DNA of 64,000 nt from Geosiphon pyriformis uo1 (GCA_016748015.1 JAAOMT010000534.1:138654-202653); one strand, 5' to 3'. Shown: positions 24,440 to 38,000, counted from the first letter of the stretch. Made by a program: numbers and translations. Notes: a model not told the origin generated them from the sequence alone.

Positions 24440-26149
24440 GTTATTATTATAAAATTGGCAGTTGGCTCTAATGTGGCCTTGTTTACTACAGTTATGGTAG
24501 ACATGTGTCTCTTGTTGCCATGACTGATTTGACAATGATGATGATAATGATGATAGACATAATTGACTTTGGAAACAATTCATGTTTCCTAAGTTATTGC
24601 ATTATTGTGGTGGTTAATAAATTGTGCAATTGTCAGCTAAGTATCCTTCCAATTTCTGATTAATTGAATCACTGAGTTGTTTCAATTTGGAATCCAAGTC
24701 AGATGATCCATTTATGACTAGATTAATGGCTTGAGTATGATTTGCTTCAAGTTCTGCCAATTCAAAATCTTTTGTATTGGTGACTGCATCTTGGAGAGTT
24801 TGTAAATACATTGGGCATATGCATTAGAAAAAGCTACTGTGCAGTCCATGGATAAACTGGTTTAAAATCTGTGGTGCTGTAAAGTAGTCAGCTTGAATTG
24901 CTTAAATTTGGCACAAGTTCTTGTTGAAGCATTCCAAGTAAGTGGTAACTGCTTCAGTTTTTCTCTGTTTGATTGTAATGAAAGCATTGGCTAGGTAATT
25001 AATACTGTTATTATTACTAAAATATCCCAAGAATGCAATTTTAAATTCCTAGAACATTTGAGATTTAGTGGCTAAATTTTGATACCACGAGTCAGCAGTA
25101 TCCTGTAAAAAATAGGAAATTGCTTGAAGAGCTCTGTCATTATTCTATCCATTGGCTGTGATAGCTTTTTCCACATTATTAAGCCATACTTGGGCATCAT
25201 CCTCTTTGCTGGTAAATTTTTTTATTTTGGTAATTGGAATATAGGCCATTGGTTGTTGTTGTTGTGATTGCTGCTGGATTTGTTGTTGGGGTAGTGGTTG
25301 TGGCTGTTGTTGCTGTTCAGCAATTGGTAGGATAAGTGGTAAATTGATCTCAATTATTGGAGATAAGTTTTGTTGATTAATTACATCAGGGTTTTGATCA
25401 TTCTGATTTTTTAAAGTTTAATTAACTGGAGTTTTAATTTCTGAATTTTCTAGGATTGGGTTTTGTTTGCTAGTTTTCTGATTACTACTCTCCTCTTTTT
25501 CGAAATTGGTTATTTCTCAAGAACTAATAGCTCTAAAATCTGGTTGTAATAGTGGTGATTGAATTCCTAATGGTATTGGAAACCATGATTTAAATCTCTC
25601 GAAATAATTGTTGTATATTTTTAATATTTCTGCTTTTTTTTGTTTACTTTGGAATAAAATTCTGTTTAGTGGCATTGTCATGCTTGTTGTAGCTGTGTTT
25701 ATTATATTGATAGTGTTTTCAGATGTGTGGTAATATAATGGATTAACAGGTGAATCAAATCTTTGTTTTTTCCAAGTAGGTAGTTGGATTTGCTTTGGTA
25801 TTCCTGCTGGTGTTTGTAACCTTTCTTTTTTTTTGTTGACAAAAGTGATAGAAAATCTCTGTTTGGTGTATTTTTGAATTTTTCTGTTTATTTCTGTAAT
25901 TAGGGGTGCAAATAGGTAGTTTTGTAGAAGGGTGATGCTTTGGAGCAATTCACTAAAGAAGTTGTTAAAGACAAATTCTGGATTTCCTTGGCCTTCTAAA
26001 TGGTATATAATTCTCTTATTGACATAACAATTAAAAGCTGATTCTGTTGGCCAACTATTATTTGTTAATCCGAAATGGATGTAATAATGTTGGAATAAAG
26101 ATTTTACAAATCCTAAATGGTTTGTTCCTATTTTTTTGGATTCTGTCAC
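24440..26149 (-). pseudogene. gag of element A
   Basis: Capsid-like KFTSKEDDAQVWL...YFLQDTADSWY and knuckle YHNCSKQGHIRANC at about 24455-24500. Confidence 0.85.
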
Positions 26150-26192
26150 TGTTTGGAAGGGGTTGTTGGTGCTGGTTCTCTGTAGAATTATA

Positions 26193-26209
26193 TTTCACAA
26201 GAAGCACCA
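26193..26209 (-). promoter_or_regulatory. Primer binding site of element A
   Basis: Minus strand TGGTGCTTCTTGTGAAA, 2 nt after the 5' LTR. Differs from the PBS of B only by transitions. Confidence 0.85.
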
Positions 26210-26211
26210 AA

Positions 26212-27053
26212 TGTTACAGATCTTTATTTGGGGTCTCAAGTCAAATAACAAACCCATAACTTGGTGCTTGATTAGTATTTCTGGTGTTAATATCTGAAGA
26301 TTTTGGTGTAGAGTTCTTTGTATAATAGACAAAGATTTAATAATTGTGTTATCCATAACTTCCTGAAACTGCAGTTTCATCAATTTCTTTTTCAGCATAA
26401 TGACTGGTATTCTTTCTGGTAAGCTATCCTCAGTTGAGTATTCTACCCTTATTCCTGAGTCTTTTACCAGTCACTTTAATGTCAGTACTTCATGCATTAT
26501 TCTCTTTCAATCAATTAATATACAATAATAAAATCACAGAAATGAAATAAGGAAAAAAAAACAAAAGAAAATAAAAAAAATAAGTTAAGGCAATTTGCAA
26601 GTTAGTATCCTGTCAATAGGCATGATCAAGAGCTATTGTTCTAGTGTAATTAAGTATTAATTACTATTAACATAAAGTGTTGATAGTAAAAAGTGGATTG
26701 AGATAATGAATAATTATTTATTAGTATTTGTGAATGGAAAGACTGCTTAGATTAAATCTAAATAGAGAGGTCTGTTTTTTCTACTTCTAATATTATTGCT
26801 ATATATACATAATTAAGATTCCTTAATTCTTCAATTTTTCACACCATGAATTCTGAAATTCCTGAAATCCTGCAATTCCTTTTGAAAGGAATTCTAGAAT
26901 TCTGGAATCCAGCGATTCTTTGTACAAGAATTCTTAAATTTCTGGAATTCTGCAATTCCTCTTTAGAGAAATCTTGGAATTTCACATTTACTATGACTAC
27001 TTCTGATTGCCTAATTTATATGCTAGTATACTTCTTATATTTTATGAGTAACA
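26212..27053 (-). repeat. 5' LTR of element A
   Basis: 842-bp direct repeat of 8451-9292. Confidence 0.96.
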
Positions 27054-30000
27054 ACACCAGAGTGTTAATTATGCCAGTTAAAAAAAAATTTACAGAATCT
27101 AATGACAACATGACAACGGCCTGCAGATTTATTGTTCTGTGTTTAAATAATCTGCCAAAAATGCCTTTTGAATTGGCAAACAGCACCAAATTAGCCAAAG
27201 AGTTTTTGGTTTGCAACTGCTTAAAAGTCTTGAAACCATATAATTCAGAATGTGAAATAGCTTCATTGAGAAAATCTCTGGACAAATTGGTCTTAAGTTT
27301 CAGATCTTTCCTTAAGAGTCTATCCCATATTTCACAAATATTTACAGAAGCATAATTAAACTGCAATCTATATCCAATGATAGGTTGTAAAACAGCAAAC
27401 ACTAAATAGAGAAACTGTTTATCAGAGACTGTTTTCCTCAGAACCAAGTTAACAAAAAATTTCACATCTGACTGGGCTTTGGTGAGGCTGGGCTTTGAAA
27501 GACCATTAGTAAATAAAAAAATTTCTAAGTATCTATGAGCTTTGCCTCTCCTAGCAATTGAAATATCTAAACCACTAATTGTTAAATAAGAAACCTTAAC
27601 TCTGCAATTAATAGGTATAGCCACCATTTTTTTAGTGTTAATTGAAATGTCATTGAGATGGAAAAATCTACTAGCTATATCTAAGATATGTTGAGTAGCA
27701 GCCATGCTATTTTCAACCTAAATAGTATCATTCACAAATGTCTCTGCAGCCAAATATGATGTCAAACCACTCTTGTGATCCTGTTTACTAGTTTGTGTAA
27801 AAAATTTTGAATCTAACTGGTATCTATACAAACTCTTATGTCTCTTAATCTTATACAGCAAAGAATCATAAAAAATTCTTCATAACAAAAATGAGAATAC
27901 TTCATCTTGATCCAGGTTATCATGAATAATATATTCATTAGTAAGTCCAAAATTTGTCATCATCTGATTAACATAGTTATTATGTATACTCCTAAAAAAC
28001 TTGATGAAATGAGAACACATTTTAATTCTAACCAAGCTGTTCCTTAAATGAGACCATCTAACTAAATCATAAGTTTTATGCATATTCTAAAGAACAAGCC
28101 ACAGTTTATAATTCTTCTCTAGTGTATTTTCAATAACAAAATCTATAGCAAAAATTGGGATTTGAGTGGAAGTGCTCTTCAAAACTAAAAAATTATCTCC
28201 ATGTAGCACATCATACTTACTACAAGCCAAGAAGATCCTATCAGACAAAATTTTGGATTAAATCTTCTTAGCTGTTTTAACTAATGTTATTGGTCTCATA
28301 TTAGTGAAAGCTTCCTTTTAATCATAAGGCTTTGATATCATAGAAATCCAGGCTCTTTTTCATTGCTTAGGAACTGTACCAGATCTTAAACACTTATTCA
28401 AAATATCCAGCAAACCACTGAAAACCTGCTGGTTATCATGTTTCCAAAGCTTATTAGGAATACCAGAAAGACCAGCAGTCTTTCTATCAAGCAGAAACTT
28501 GACTACCTGCAAAAATTTATCAAATTCAATATTATATATAATGCCTGAAAAGACCACATTATTAACATAATTAAGAGGAGCATACTAGTTAAGCCAGTGA
28601 ACAGAAGTGAAACTAGGCACCAAATGCTTCCTTGTCCATCTTTTTATGATATTATCGACCATTAATTTGATCATCTGAGATTCTAAAACAAGCTCATCAT
28701 CTACCACCAAATAATTAAGTATCACTTTTTGAACAGGACAATCCAAGACACTTCTAATCATTCTACTTTTATCAGTACAAAAATTTTTTATGTGTTTATT
28801 AATAGCTTTCCTAATAAAATCATCTCTGGCAGTCTTAGATTTATAGTATTTGGACTTGTGATAACTTTTTTTGACACATGACAAATGATATAAGACAACA
28901 CCAAAACAAATACCACTCTCAATTATGCCACAAACTTTGATAGCTTCCCTTTTATCAATGACAGCCCATGTATTAATAAGACAAGCAGCTCTCAAAACTT
29001 AATAAGAGCTTATGCTTCTCACTAGTTTTGTCACTAACAATTCAAGCCTAATGAATTTTAATGACTGTTTATTCACTATAACATCTGATTCAGAAAACCA
29101 CAACCTAGAAAACATCTCATCACCAGAAACCATCACCACTTTCTTCAGAATTTTCTATATTAAGTCCAAATTCCCATGACACTTAACACTATTGAAATCT
29201 TCTATTCTCTTCAAAAATATGTTCAAAGAACAACTTCTAAAATGTGACCAACTCTTATTACTAGCATTTTTGATTTAGAATTTCCATCTATCTTTGTTTG
29301 TCTGTTTGTGCATATTGTTAAGACATACATCCAAAAAACCACTTAAACTAACTGCTATTAATATTGCTTTGTAATCAGTATCAAAAAATTCAGAAACTAG
29401 CTTTATTTTATGGCCAGCAACAGCAGATGCCAGATTGTGAGTAACAAAAATGACCTTCTCTACACCCCTAAAATTGCTTCAAGTACATAACTTAGCTAAT
29501 GAATGTTCATGAAAAGAATTGACCAACCTCAGATTCATGTAAAATTTGAAACTTGCATTTCTTTTAGTACTATCTTCATTGAAATCTCCACCCACTACCA
29601 CAAAAGTGCTGAAATTAACAGCTTTGGCAATAAAAAAATTAATTTTAGACATTTGATCATATCTTGTCTCAGCAGATACACCAGCATATAATTCTAAAAT
29701 CATAACAGATAACTTCTTCTTGAACAAATCTCTAACAGAAATGATTTGTCCAGAAACTTTCTCAATTTTAGAAACATGATGGACCAAAGAATTGTTCATA
29801 ATAATGGCCATCCTGGCACCAAGAAAACTCTTGTTTAAACTAGAAGAAAAAATTTGCACCTCCTCAAATTTGTTTATAATCTAAGGTTTAATGCTAGACT
29901 TTAACTTTGTCTCTGTAATAATTGAAATCATGTTACCCAAATCCACATGCCAATATATAATGTCATCTTGTTTAGCTAGAACATTAATGCTGCAAACATT

Positions 30001-32036
30001 ACATATAGCAATTTTCTAAACCAGATCATTTATTGGGAAAGAAAACATTAGAGAACTTAAGCCAACACACAACTGATCTAATTTCACTAGAACCAAATTT
30101 ACAGAGGTCTCAAGAGCCACAAATTTTGACTCTAAACTGCCTATTTTGGTTGTCAAAACTTTTGAACTACTAGAACCCAAAGCTGAGACATTAGAAACAA
30201 CATGAGAGAGAGATGAAGAGACTAATTCAGAACTATCCAAAACCATGTCTTGGCCCAAATCTAAACTGACAGTCATTGAAACAGCTAAGATACTAGGATA
30301 AAAAGGAAGAGCCAAGGGCACCAATTCTATGTCACTTAATTTTCACACAATGCCAGAAATCTGATCCACTAAGAGCTCCAGGAAGTATTCCAAAGAGGCC
30401 AACCAACCATTCAAAGCTGAATTATTAGCCAAGACAAGAAGGGGATTACCACCTAAACCAGAGATGCCAGTAGAGAGGGAACCAAAACCAGAACTGGAAC
30501 CAAAACCAAGAGAAGAGCCACCTAAAGCTGACTCGAGTAAAACTACCTAAGCCTAAGACTTGTCACCAAAAACAGCAGAACAGGAAATTAGAACACACTT
30601 TTTAGCATACAATCTAGCAAGTTGAAGACAAGTTTCTTTCAAGACAACTCTTTTATAAGATCTTTGGAAGGATGAAACTAACACATTTGAGGAATCACAC
30701 TCAAAAACAGAATGCCCAAAATGGCCATACCTTTCACAACAAACCAAATCTATCTTAATTCATGAAAGTCTAACACCACCAAAAATTGGCTTTATGTAAA
30801 ATGCAAATTCCAGATCCTCATCTGAATTAAAACCAATCACAGTGAAGTGAAACCAGTTGCCAGTAATAAGAAAGCAATTAATAACACATGTTTTTCCACC
30901 AGCTTTTTCCAACAAAGTCTCTAAATCATAAATTGTTGTTCCTATAGGCAGGGTAAACAAAAGTACTCTAAATCAATCCCTAGAAGCCCAAATTTCATGA
31001 TCCCCTATAGCTTTAGCTACATATACAGAATTCTTCCCAATTAGGAATGACTATCTAGCCATCAATTGATCAGCCTGGCTTGATTCAGCAAATTCTATTA
31101 CAGCTTTTTGTCACAGCCCGATGAGCTGCAATTAAATCAACACCACTTGGCCAAATTCAGAGAAAGCTGTAATAATCATTTCTTTTGGCATATCTATGAA
31201 AATTTTTTTTATAACTACAGCCTGATTTGAATAGACTTTCTGTTTTTTAAGATCAATATTGACAATGATCCCATTTTTTCTGGCCAATAAAGTGGCCTTT
31301 TCTATGCTTATTTTTGAAGTAAATATTAATTGGATAATCTCTTCAAATTTTGAGGGAGTAGTGGCCTCCTCAAAACCATTGATTATTAAAAATAATTTTC
31401 TAATCACCTGAGTCTTTGCTATTGTTGATTTGCCTTCCATAGCTGAAATATTGATGTTTAAAGCAAAGGACTTTTTAACAGCAACTTCTATCTAAGTCTT
31501 AATAATTTTAAAGTCAATCCATTTTTTATCTAAGGAGATTGGGAGATGAAGAGGAAGAGAGACTTCTTCATCATTATCTATAACAAAATTAGGAGATCCA
31601 AGAAAAGAACTAAAAACAGCACCAGTATTAATACACTTTGCTTTAGAAGTGTTGGCAGCCAAATCCAGAAGAGACCCAACATTAATGCCAGTTATATTAG
31701 CATTTTCTTTATCACCAAACAAACTATCCATATCAGAGAAAACGTTGTCATCAGGCTCAGACTTATTCAAAAAGATATTTTTTTCATTACCCGAGTGTTT
31801 AATATTCTTAAACACAACTTTTTTTTTCTGTAAAAAGAAACCACCTGCAGGACCATAAAAAGCATTCTTTGAAGCTTTTTTTTTAGACATGTCACCATTA
31901 GAAACAGCCTCCAAGTGCATGAAAAAAGGGTTATTAGAAAGAAAAATTGTGAGAAAGATTAATAATAAACTTAAAAAAAAAACTTTTTCTTTAGAAAAGC
32001 ATTCTTTGAGGATTTGTGGATATAAGAAAGAAAAAA
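27054..32036 (-). mobile_element. LINE copy 1, 5' portion (5' UTR, ORF1 from ATG 31890, APE endonuclease, RT)
   Basis: ORF1 MSKKKASK... with knuckle CERYGHFGHSVFEC; APE VVGGDFNE; RT LDQDEVFS and TFVNDT. Collinear with LINE copy 2. Confidence 0.93.
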
Positions 32037-32764
32037 TTTTTTTTAACATTTCAAGTATGTTTTTAATATTTATTATTAATATTTTATATTATATATTTTT
32101 TAAACAAAAATAATTAATTTATTATTTGACTTAATTTTTATTATAATATTAAATAAATAAAAGTTGTTATATTGCAAAAAAATTTTTTTTTATAATAGTA
32201 TTTTAATTAATAAACTATTCAATTATGTTTTTTTTATATACTTTTTAAATAATTTTTTTATTTTTGTGTTTTTAATAGAACTTGATTATTATTTTTTATA
32301 AAACCTTATATTAAGTTGGCTTTTATTCAAAAACAAACAATAATAACAATACTTTTTTTTGTTTTAAATATTTTAAAATAATTTATGTTATTATTAATTA
32401 ATAAAAAATTTACAAATCTATATATTTTAGAAAGCATTTAAAAATATTTTTAATATTCTGTTTTTTTAAATTAGTAAAACATTTTAAGTAATTATAAAAT
32501 TAATTTTAGAAAAAACTTTATTAATAATAAATAAGAATTAGTTTTTAAAAAAAAGTACATTACACATAATATAATAACAAATAAAAATAAAACTTATTAA
32601 ATAATTTTAATAAAAATTTTGTATTTTAACTAATATTACTATTATAATAATTAATTTAAAAAATTTATAAAAAACTAATAATAATTAAACCAGAATTTAA
32701 AGTTTTAATATACATTAAAAAATTTATTTTATAATATTTAATAATTTTTACAAAGTTTAAAAAG

Positions 32765-32833
32765 ATAAAAACTAAAATAATAATTAACAATATTTAAAAA
32801 ATAAAAACTAAAATAATAATTAACAATATTTAA
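32765..32833. repeat. 36-bp-period tandem duplication
   Basis: ATAAAAACTAAAATAATAATTAACAATATTTAA occurs at 32765 and 32801. Confidence 0.85.
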
Positions 32834-33169
32834 TTGCTAAAAAAATAAATAAAAAGTAAATAACAAAACTTAAAATAATTTTATTTATTCAAGCTTTATA
32901 TTAATAATATTTAAAAAAATTTAGATTAATTAAAAATTACAGAATAACAGAAATTCACTTTGGTTTATTATATTACTACTTATATATATTTTTATTTAGA
33001 AAAAAAGTAAAACCAAAAAAAAAACTTCTTTCTTTCTTACATCTACAAATCCTCAAAAAGCACTTTTCTGAAAAAGAAGTTTTTATTTTTTTCTTGTTAA
33101 TATTTCACAATTTTTTTTTTTAATAATAACTCATTTTTCATAAACCTGAAAACTGCTTTTAGTAGCAAC

Positions 33170-35029
33170 ATGTCTAAAAAAAGGGCACCAAAGGGTGCTT
33201 TTCATAGTCTTGCTGATGGCTCTTTCTTACAAAAAAAGAAAGTTATGCTTGGGAATGTCAAACACTCAAATGACAAAAAGAATATCTCTTTGAACAAGTC
33301 TGAGCTTGGTGACAATGTGTTTTTTAATGTAGATAGTGTGTCTGGTGACAAAAAAAATACTAATATGACTGGCATTAATATTGAATTTCTTATAGATTTA
33401 GCTGCCAATACTCCTAAAGCCAAGCATGTTAATACTGGTGCCATTTTCAGTTCACCTCTTAGATTTCCTAATTTTGTCATGGATAATGATGAAGATGTCT
33501 CTTTTTTTCCTTACCTTTCAATTTTTCTGAAAAAAAAATGGATTGACCCAAAAATTATTAAGACTCAGGTTGAGGTGTCTGCCAAAAAATCCTTTGCTTT
33601 TGATATCAATCTTAGTGCTGTGGAAGGGAAATCAGCAATGACAAAAACCCAGTTAATTAGAAAGATTTTTTTATCAATCAATAGTTTTGGGGGGAGGGCC
33701 ACTACCCCTTCAAAATTTGAAGAAATTATCTGATCTACTTTTACTTCCGAAAAAAGCATGGTTATGGCTATATCATTGGCCAGGAAAAAAGAGATCATTG
33801 TGAACACCAATCTCAAGAAACAAAGAATTTGTTCAAATCAGACTGTGGTCATCAAAGAGATTCCCATGGATACACCAAAAAAAATGATTGTTACTGCATT
33901 AGTTGAGTTTGGTGAAATTAAGTTGATCAAAATTCAACTTATTGAATTGTGGCAAAAAGCTGTGGTTGAATTTGCTGAACTAGATCAGATTGAACAATTA
34001 GCTATTAAATGGTTTTTTTTGATTGGGAAAGATTCAGTGCAAGTGGCTATGGCTGTGGGAGATCGTAAAACATGGGTGTTAAGAGACCAGTTCAGGGCTT
34101 TGTTGTTTACTTTGCCTGTGAAAACAATTGCTCATAATTTGGGCATTTTTTTGAAAAGAGTTGGTAGGAAAACTTGTATTATAAATTGTTTGTTGGATTC
34201 TGGCAATAAGATTCACTGTGCTGTGATTGGCTTTGAGTCTGAGGATGTTATGGAATTTGCTTATCGCACTGAGCCAATATTTGGTGGCATTAAATTGTCT
34301 TGGGCTAGATTGGACTTGGTTTGCTGTAAAAAATGTAATCACCTTGGCCATTCTGCTCTGAAGTACAATGCACCAACTCTGCTTATTGCTGATTCTTCAA
34401 AAATTGTTAAAAGAGTTCCTTCAGAAGACTGTCGTCTTTAGCTAGCTAAATTGTACACTAAAAAGTGTGTTCTTATTTCTAGATCTGCTGTCTTTAGTGG
34501 CAAATTTTGGGTGCAAGTGGTCTCACTTGCTTTTCCTCCTGGTAATCCCTATTTCAACTCTGGTTTTAGGTTTGATTCTCCTTCTTCTGGTTTTTCAGAT
34601 ATTAAGGGAAACATGTCAGTTATTCAAAATGACTCTTCAATCAATGATCATCTAGCTTCTTTGGAATGTTCCTTAGAATTACTGGCTAATCAAATATCAG
34701 ATATTGTGCATAGATTAAATGGTGTGGAGCTGGTGCCTCTGGTGCCTATTATACAAGTTGTATCTACAGCAACTCTTGTCTCTACATTGGCATTGATGGA
34801 TACTGATATGGTTTTAGATGTCCCACAGTCATCTCTTCCTTTTTTTTTTTCAGTATTAAAAGACAGGGTGGCAGATTTAGGTCTGAGCAGTTCAAAAGTT
34901 CTTATCTCTAAAGTTGGTGGTTTGGAATCTAAGATGATAGCTCTTGAAGTTTCTATTGGCTTAATATTGGGGAAGTTAGATCTGTTGTACATAAATCAGG
35001 GTTCTTTGATGCAGCCTTTGCATCAATGA
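33170..35029 (+). pseudogene. LINE ORF1 (nucleic-acid binding; zinc knuckle; C-terminal heptad-like segments)
   Basis: One frame with 2 stops. FGEIKLIKI...AVVEF is RRM-like; CKKCNHLGH is the knuckle. Confidence 0.85.
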
Positions 35030-38000
35030 GTAAGCTCACTTGAAAAGTGGCTATATGTAATGTTAAAGACATGACAAATTTGGCTAAACAGAAAGACATT
35101 ATTCGTTGGCATAAAGATTCAGGGAATATAATTTCAATTGTTACTGAGACAAAATTGAGATCTGACATTAGGCCTTGGATTATAAGTAAATTTGATGAAC
35201 TTTGGGTTTTTACTTCTGGTTTGAATGTTAGATTTTGTGGTGCTGGGGTTGCCATAATTATGAACAATTCTTTGGCTCAGCATGTTTCGAAATTGGATGA
35301 GATTCCTGGTTGTTTGATTTCTGTGTGCCTTTTGTTCAAAAACAAGCTTTTAGTTATAATCTTGAATTTGTATGCTGGTGTATCCATCAGCACACGATTT
35401 AGTCAAGCTGCTGATATTAATTCTATGGTTTCCAAAATGGTCAATTCCAGCTTTTTTGTGGTTTTGGGTGGTGACTTCAATGAAAATAGGTCTAGCAAAA
35501 ATGCAAGTTTCAAGTTCTGTTTGGGTTTGGGCCTGGTTAATACTTTTGATGAACACTTATTGGCCAAGGCTTTCACTTAGAGCAATTCTAGAGGTGTTAA
35601 AAAAGTAATTGATTTTATTTTAGTGAGTGAAAATTTGGCATCCACTTTAGCATCACATTTTGTCGATGATGTGTCTGAGTTTTTTGATACAAATCATAAG
35701 TCAGTTTCCATTTCAATTGGTTTGGGTGGGCTGCTGGATACACTTCTTATTAGCATGTGCAGACAGACCAACCGAGACCAGTAGAAGTTCAAATTGAAGG
35801 ATGCAAATAATATTAAATGGTTAAAATTTAGAGACTGCTTTTCTGCCAAGTTGTTGGCTAGGTCAGATGTGTTTAAGAAGACAAGGGTTAATGGTGACTT
35901 AAATACAATGTAGAAAATGTTGAAGGAGGCCATAGTACAGACTGCCAACACAGTTTTTTCTAAAATCTGGTATAGTAAATATGACTGTTTGAGAAATAAA
36001 CAATCTTCCAAATTCTTTAAATTAGAGATGCTTGTTGCAAAGGTTGTGAAATGTTGAAACTTTGGTGATCTCCTGAATTTTGACCATTTTATTAAGGTAT
36101 GGTTGGCTATTAATGTAATCGAAGCTTCCAAAATTGACAGTATAGTTTTGAACAGTGTGAGCTCGATGGAGTTAATTAAACATTTGTCAATGATAAAAAA
36201 AGGGTATTATAAGTCCAAGTATTATGAATCTAAGATTGCTGAGAATTCTGCTATAAAGAAGGCAATTGACTATCGAATGGAAAACTTTTGTTCTAACAAA
36301 AAAAAAATAATAAAGAGCATTCTGGAGCATCTTTTTTACAAGGTGGTTTTGGATCACTTGGTAGTGGATGATGAGCTGGTGATTAAGCCTAATGAGATAA
36401 AACTCAAGGTTGATAAAATTATAGAAGGGTGAACAAAAAAGTGATTGGTTCTTCCAAAGATATCTGACCTCTGGGCTCAACAATATAGGTCTCTGAATTA
36501 TGTGGATAATAATGCTTTCTTTGATGTAATGGTTGGAATTGGTATGGAGGAATTGTCTCTGGTTGTTGATGAGCTGCCAAACAATAAAGCAGCCAGGTTA
36601 TCTGGAATACCTAATGAACTTTGGAAGCATTGTGGTGGGGAGATTTTAGCCTGTCTTTTGAAATTGTTGAATTTGTGTTTGAGTATGGGTGCAGTTTCTA
36701 ATCTGTGGAAAGAAGCATAAATTTCAATAATTCCGAAACTTTATGAATAAAATGGTGTTCTGACAAATACCAAACCTATTGCATTGGTTAAAACAGCATG
36801 TAAAATACTATCTAAGATTCTGTCTGATCAAATTTCTTTGGCTTGTAGCAAGTTTAATGTTCTTTATGATGACAATTTTTTGGTGTTGAAAAGTACTTCA
36901 ATCTAATCTCCTATTCTTGCTATTGGCTTAGTTGTTGAGGATGCTCTGAAGAAAAACAGAGAGCTTTAGTTAGTGCTACAGGATATGCGCAAAGCTTATG
37001 ATTTAATAAACTGGCATCATTTGTGAGTGAGCTTGCATCACATCAAAATGTGTAAACATTTCGTAAAATTTTTTGGCAACATTCATGGGAACTGGGTCAA
37101 CAGAGTGATGACAGACTTTGGGCTTTCAGATGGTTATAGAGTACATGATGGGTTGGATCAAGGGGAGGTTTTTTCTCCACTATTTTAGAGAATATTTTAT
37201 GATCCACTTTTGTGTAAAGTGAAAAGACATGAACACTTATGTGGATATAGAATTAATTCTAAGTTTGTGGCAAAGTCTAGCAGAATTGAGACAAGTGGAG
37301 AGAAAACCTTTTTTTTGGCTGCAAGCACTTTTGTTGATGATACAATTTGGGTCGAGAGTAGTCAGACATCTATGCAATATATTTTGAACATTGCAAGTGA
37401 ATTTTTTGTGATTAATAACATTTTAATTAATAATGATAAGACGGTAGCAATTTTTATCAATCAAGGAATTAAAAATGCCTTACTATTAATCAATGGATTG
37501 CCAATTTTGATTGCTAAAAAGGGTGAGTCACACCAATACTTGGGTATCTTTCTGTTAACTAAGAGTTTTTCTAAGCCCAGTTTGGCTCAAGCTCATAAGG
37601 ATGTCAGATTTTTTTCTAATATAGTGTTAAAAAAGGCTATTATGAACAAACAATTCTGTTATTTGGTTTCAGCAGTTTTGCAGCCCATTGTTAGCTATTG
37701 TGCACAATTCAGTTTTGTTGCTTTTGAGGTATGTTGTAAGTAGGATATCATGATTAAAAAAGGTCTTAGGGCTAAAGCTGGTTTGCCATGTGACTTTCCC
37801 AGTGAAGTCTTATACCATCTTTCTTTATATGGTTTAAAGCCCTTTGAACAAGTGCAATCTGAAGGAAAGCTGGCATTATTGATTTTATTTTCTAATGGCC
37901 ATGGCATTTTTGGATATTTATTTAACCATAGATTTTTAGATTTGTAAGTTCTGGAATAGTCTCCTTTGGATTCTTTGCAATTTTCTGTTAGGTTGTGTGT

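Larger units (their letters stand above)
8451..27053 (-). mobile_element. Ty3/gypsy LTR retrotransposon A (about 9.9 kb net, dUTPase-bearing), containing nested C and B
   Basis: Two 842-bp LTRs (TGTTAC...GTAACA), PBS, PPT, order gag-PR-dUTPase-RT-RH-IN, and 4-bp TSD ATGC/ACAC. Confidence 0.95.

Noticed and set aside
26846-27705. ORFs spanning the LTR-LINE junction as chimeric genes
   Set aside because: One is antisense to LINE ORF2 and the other is chance run-on of the interrupted ORF2 into the LTR.
33001-33024. TSD for LINE copy 2 (AAAACCAAA versus AAAGCCAAA after the tail) and for copy 1
   Set aside because: Too short and low-complexity to support; no convincing TSD for copy 1.
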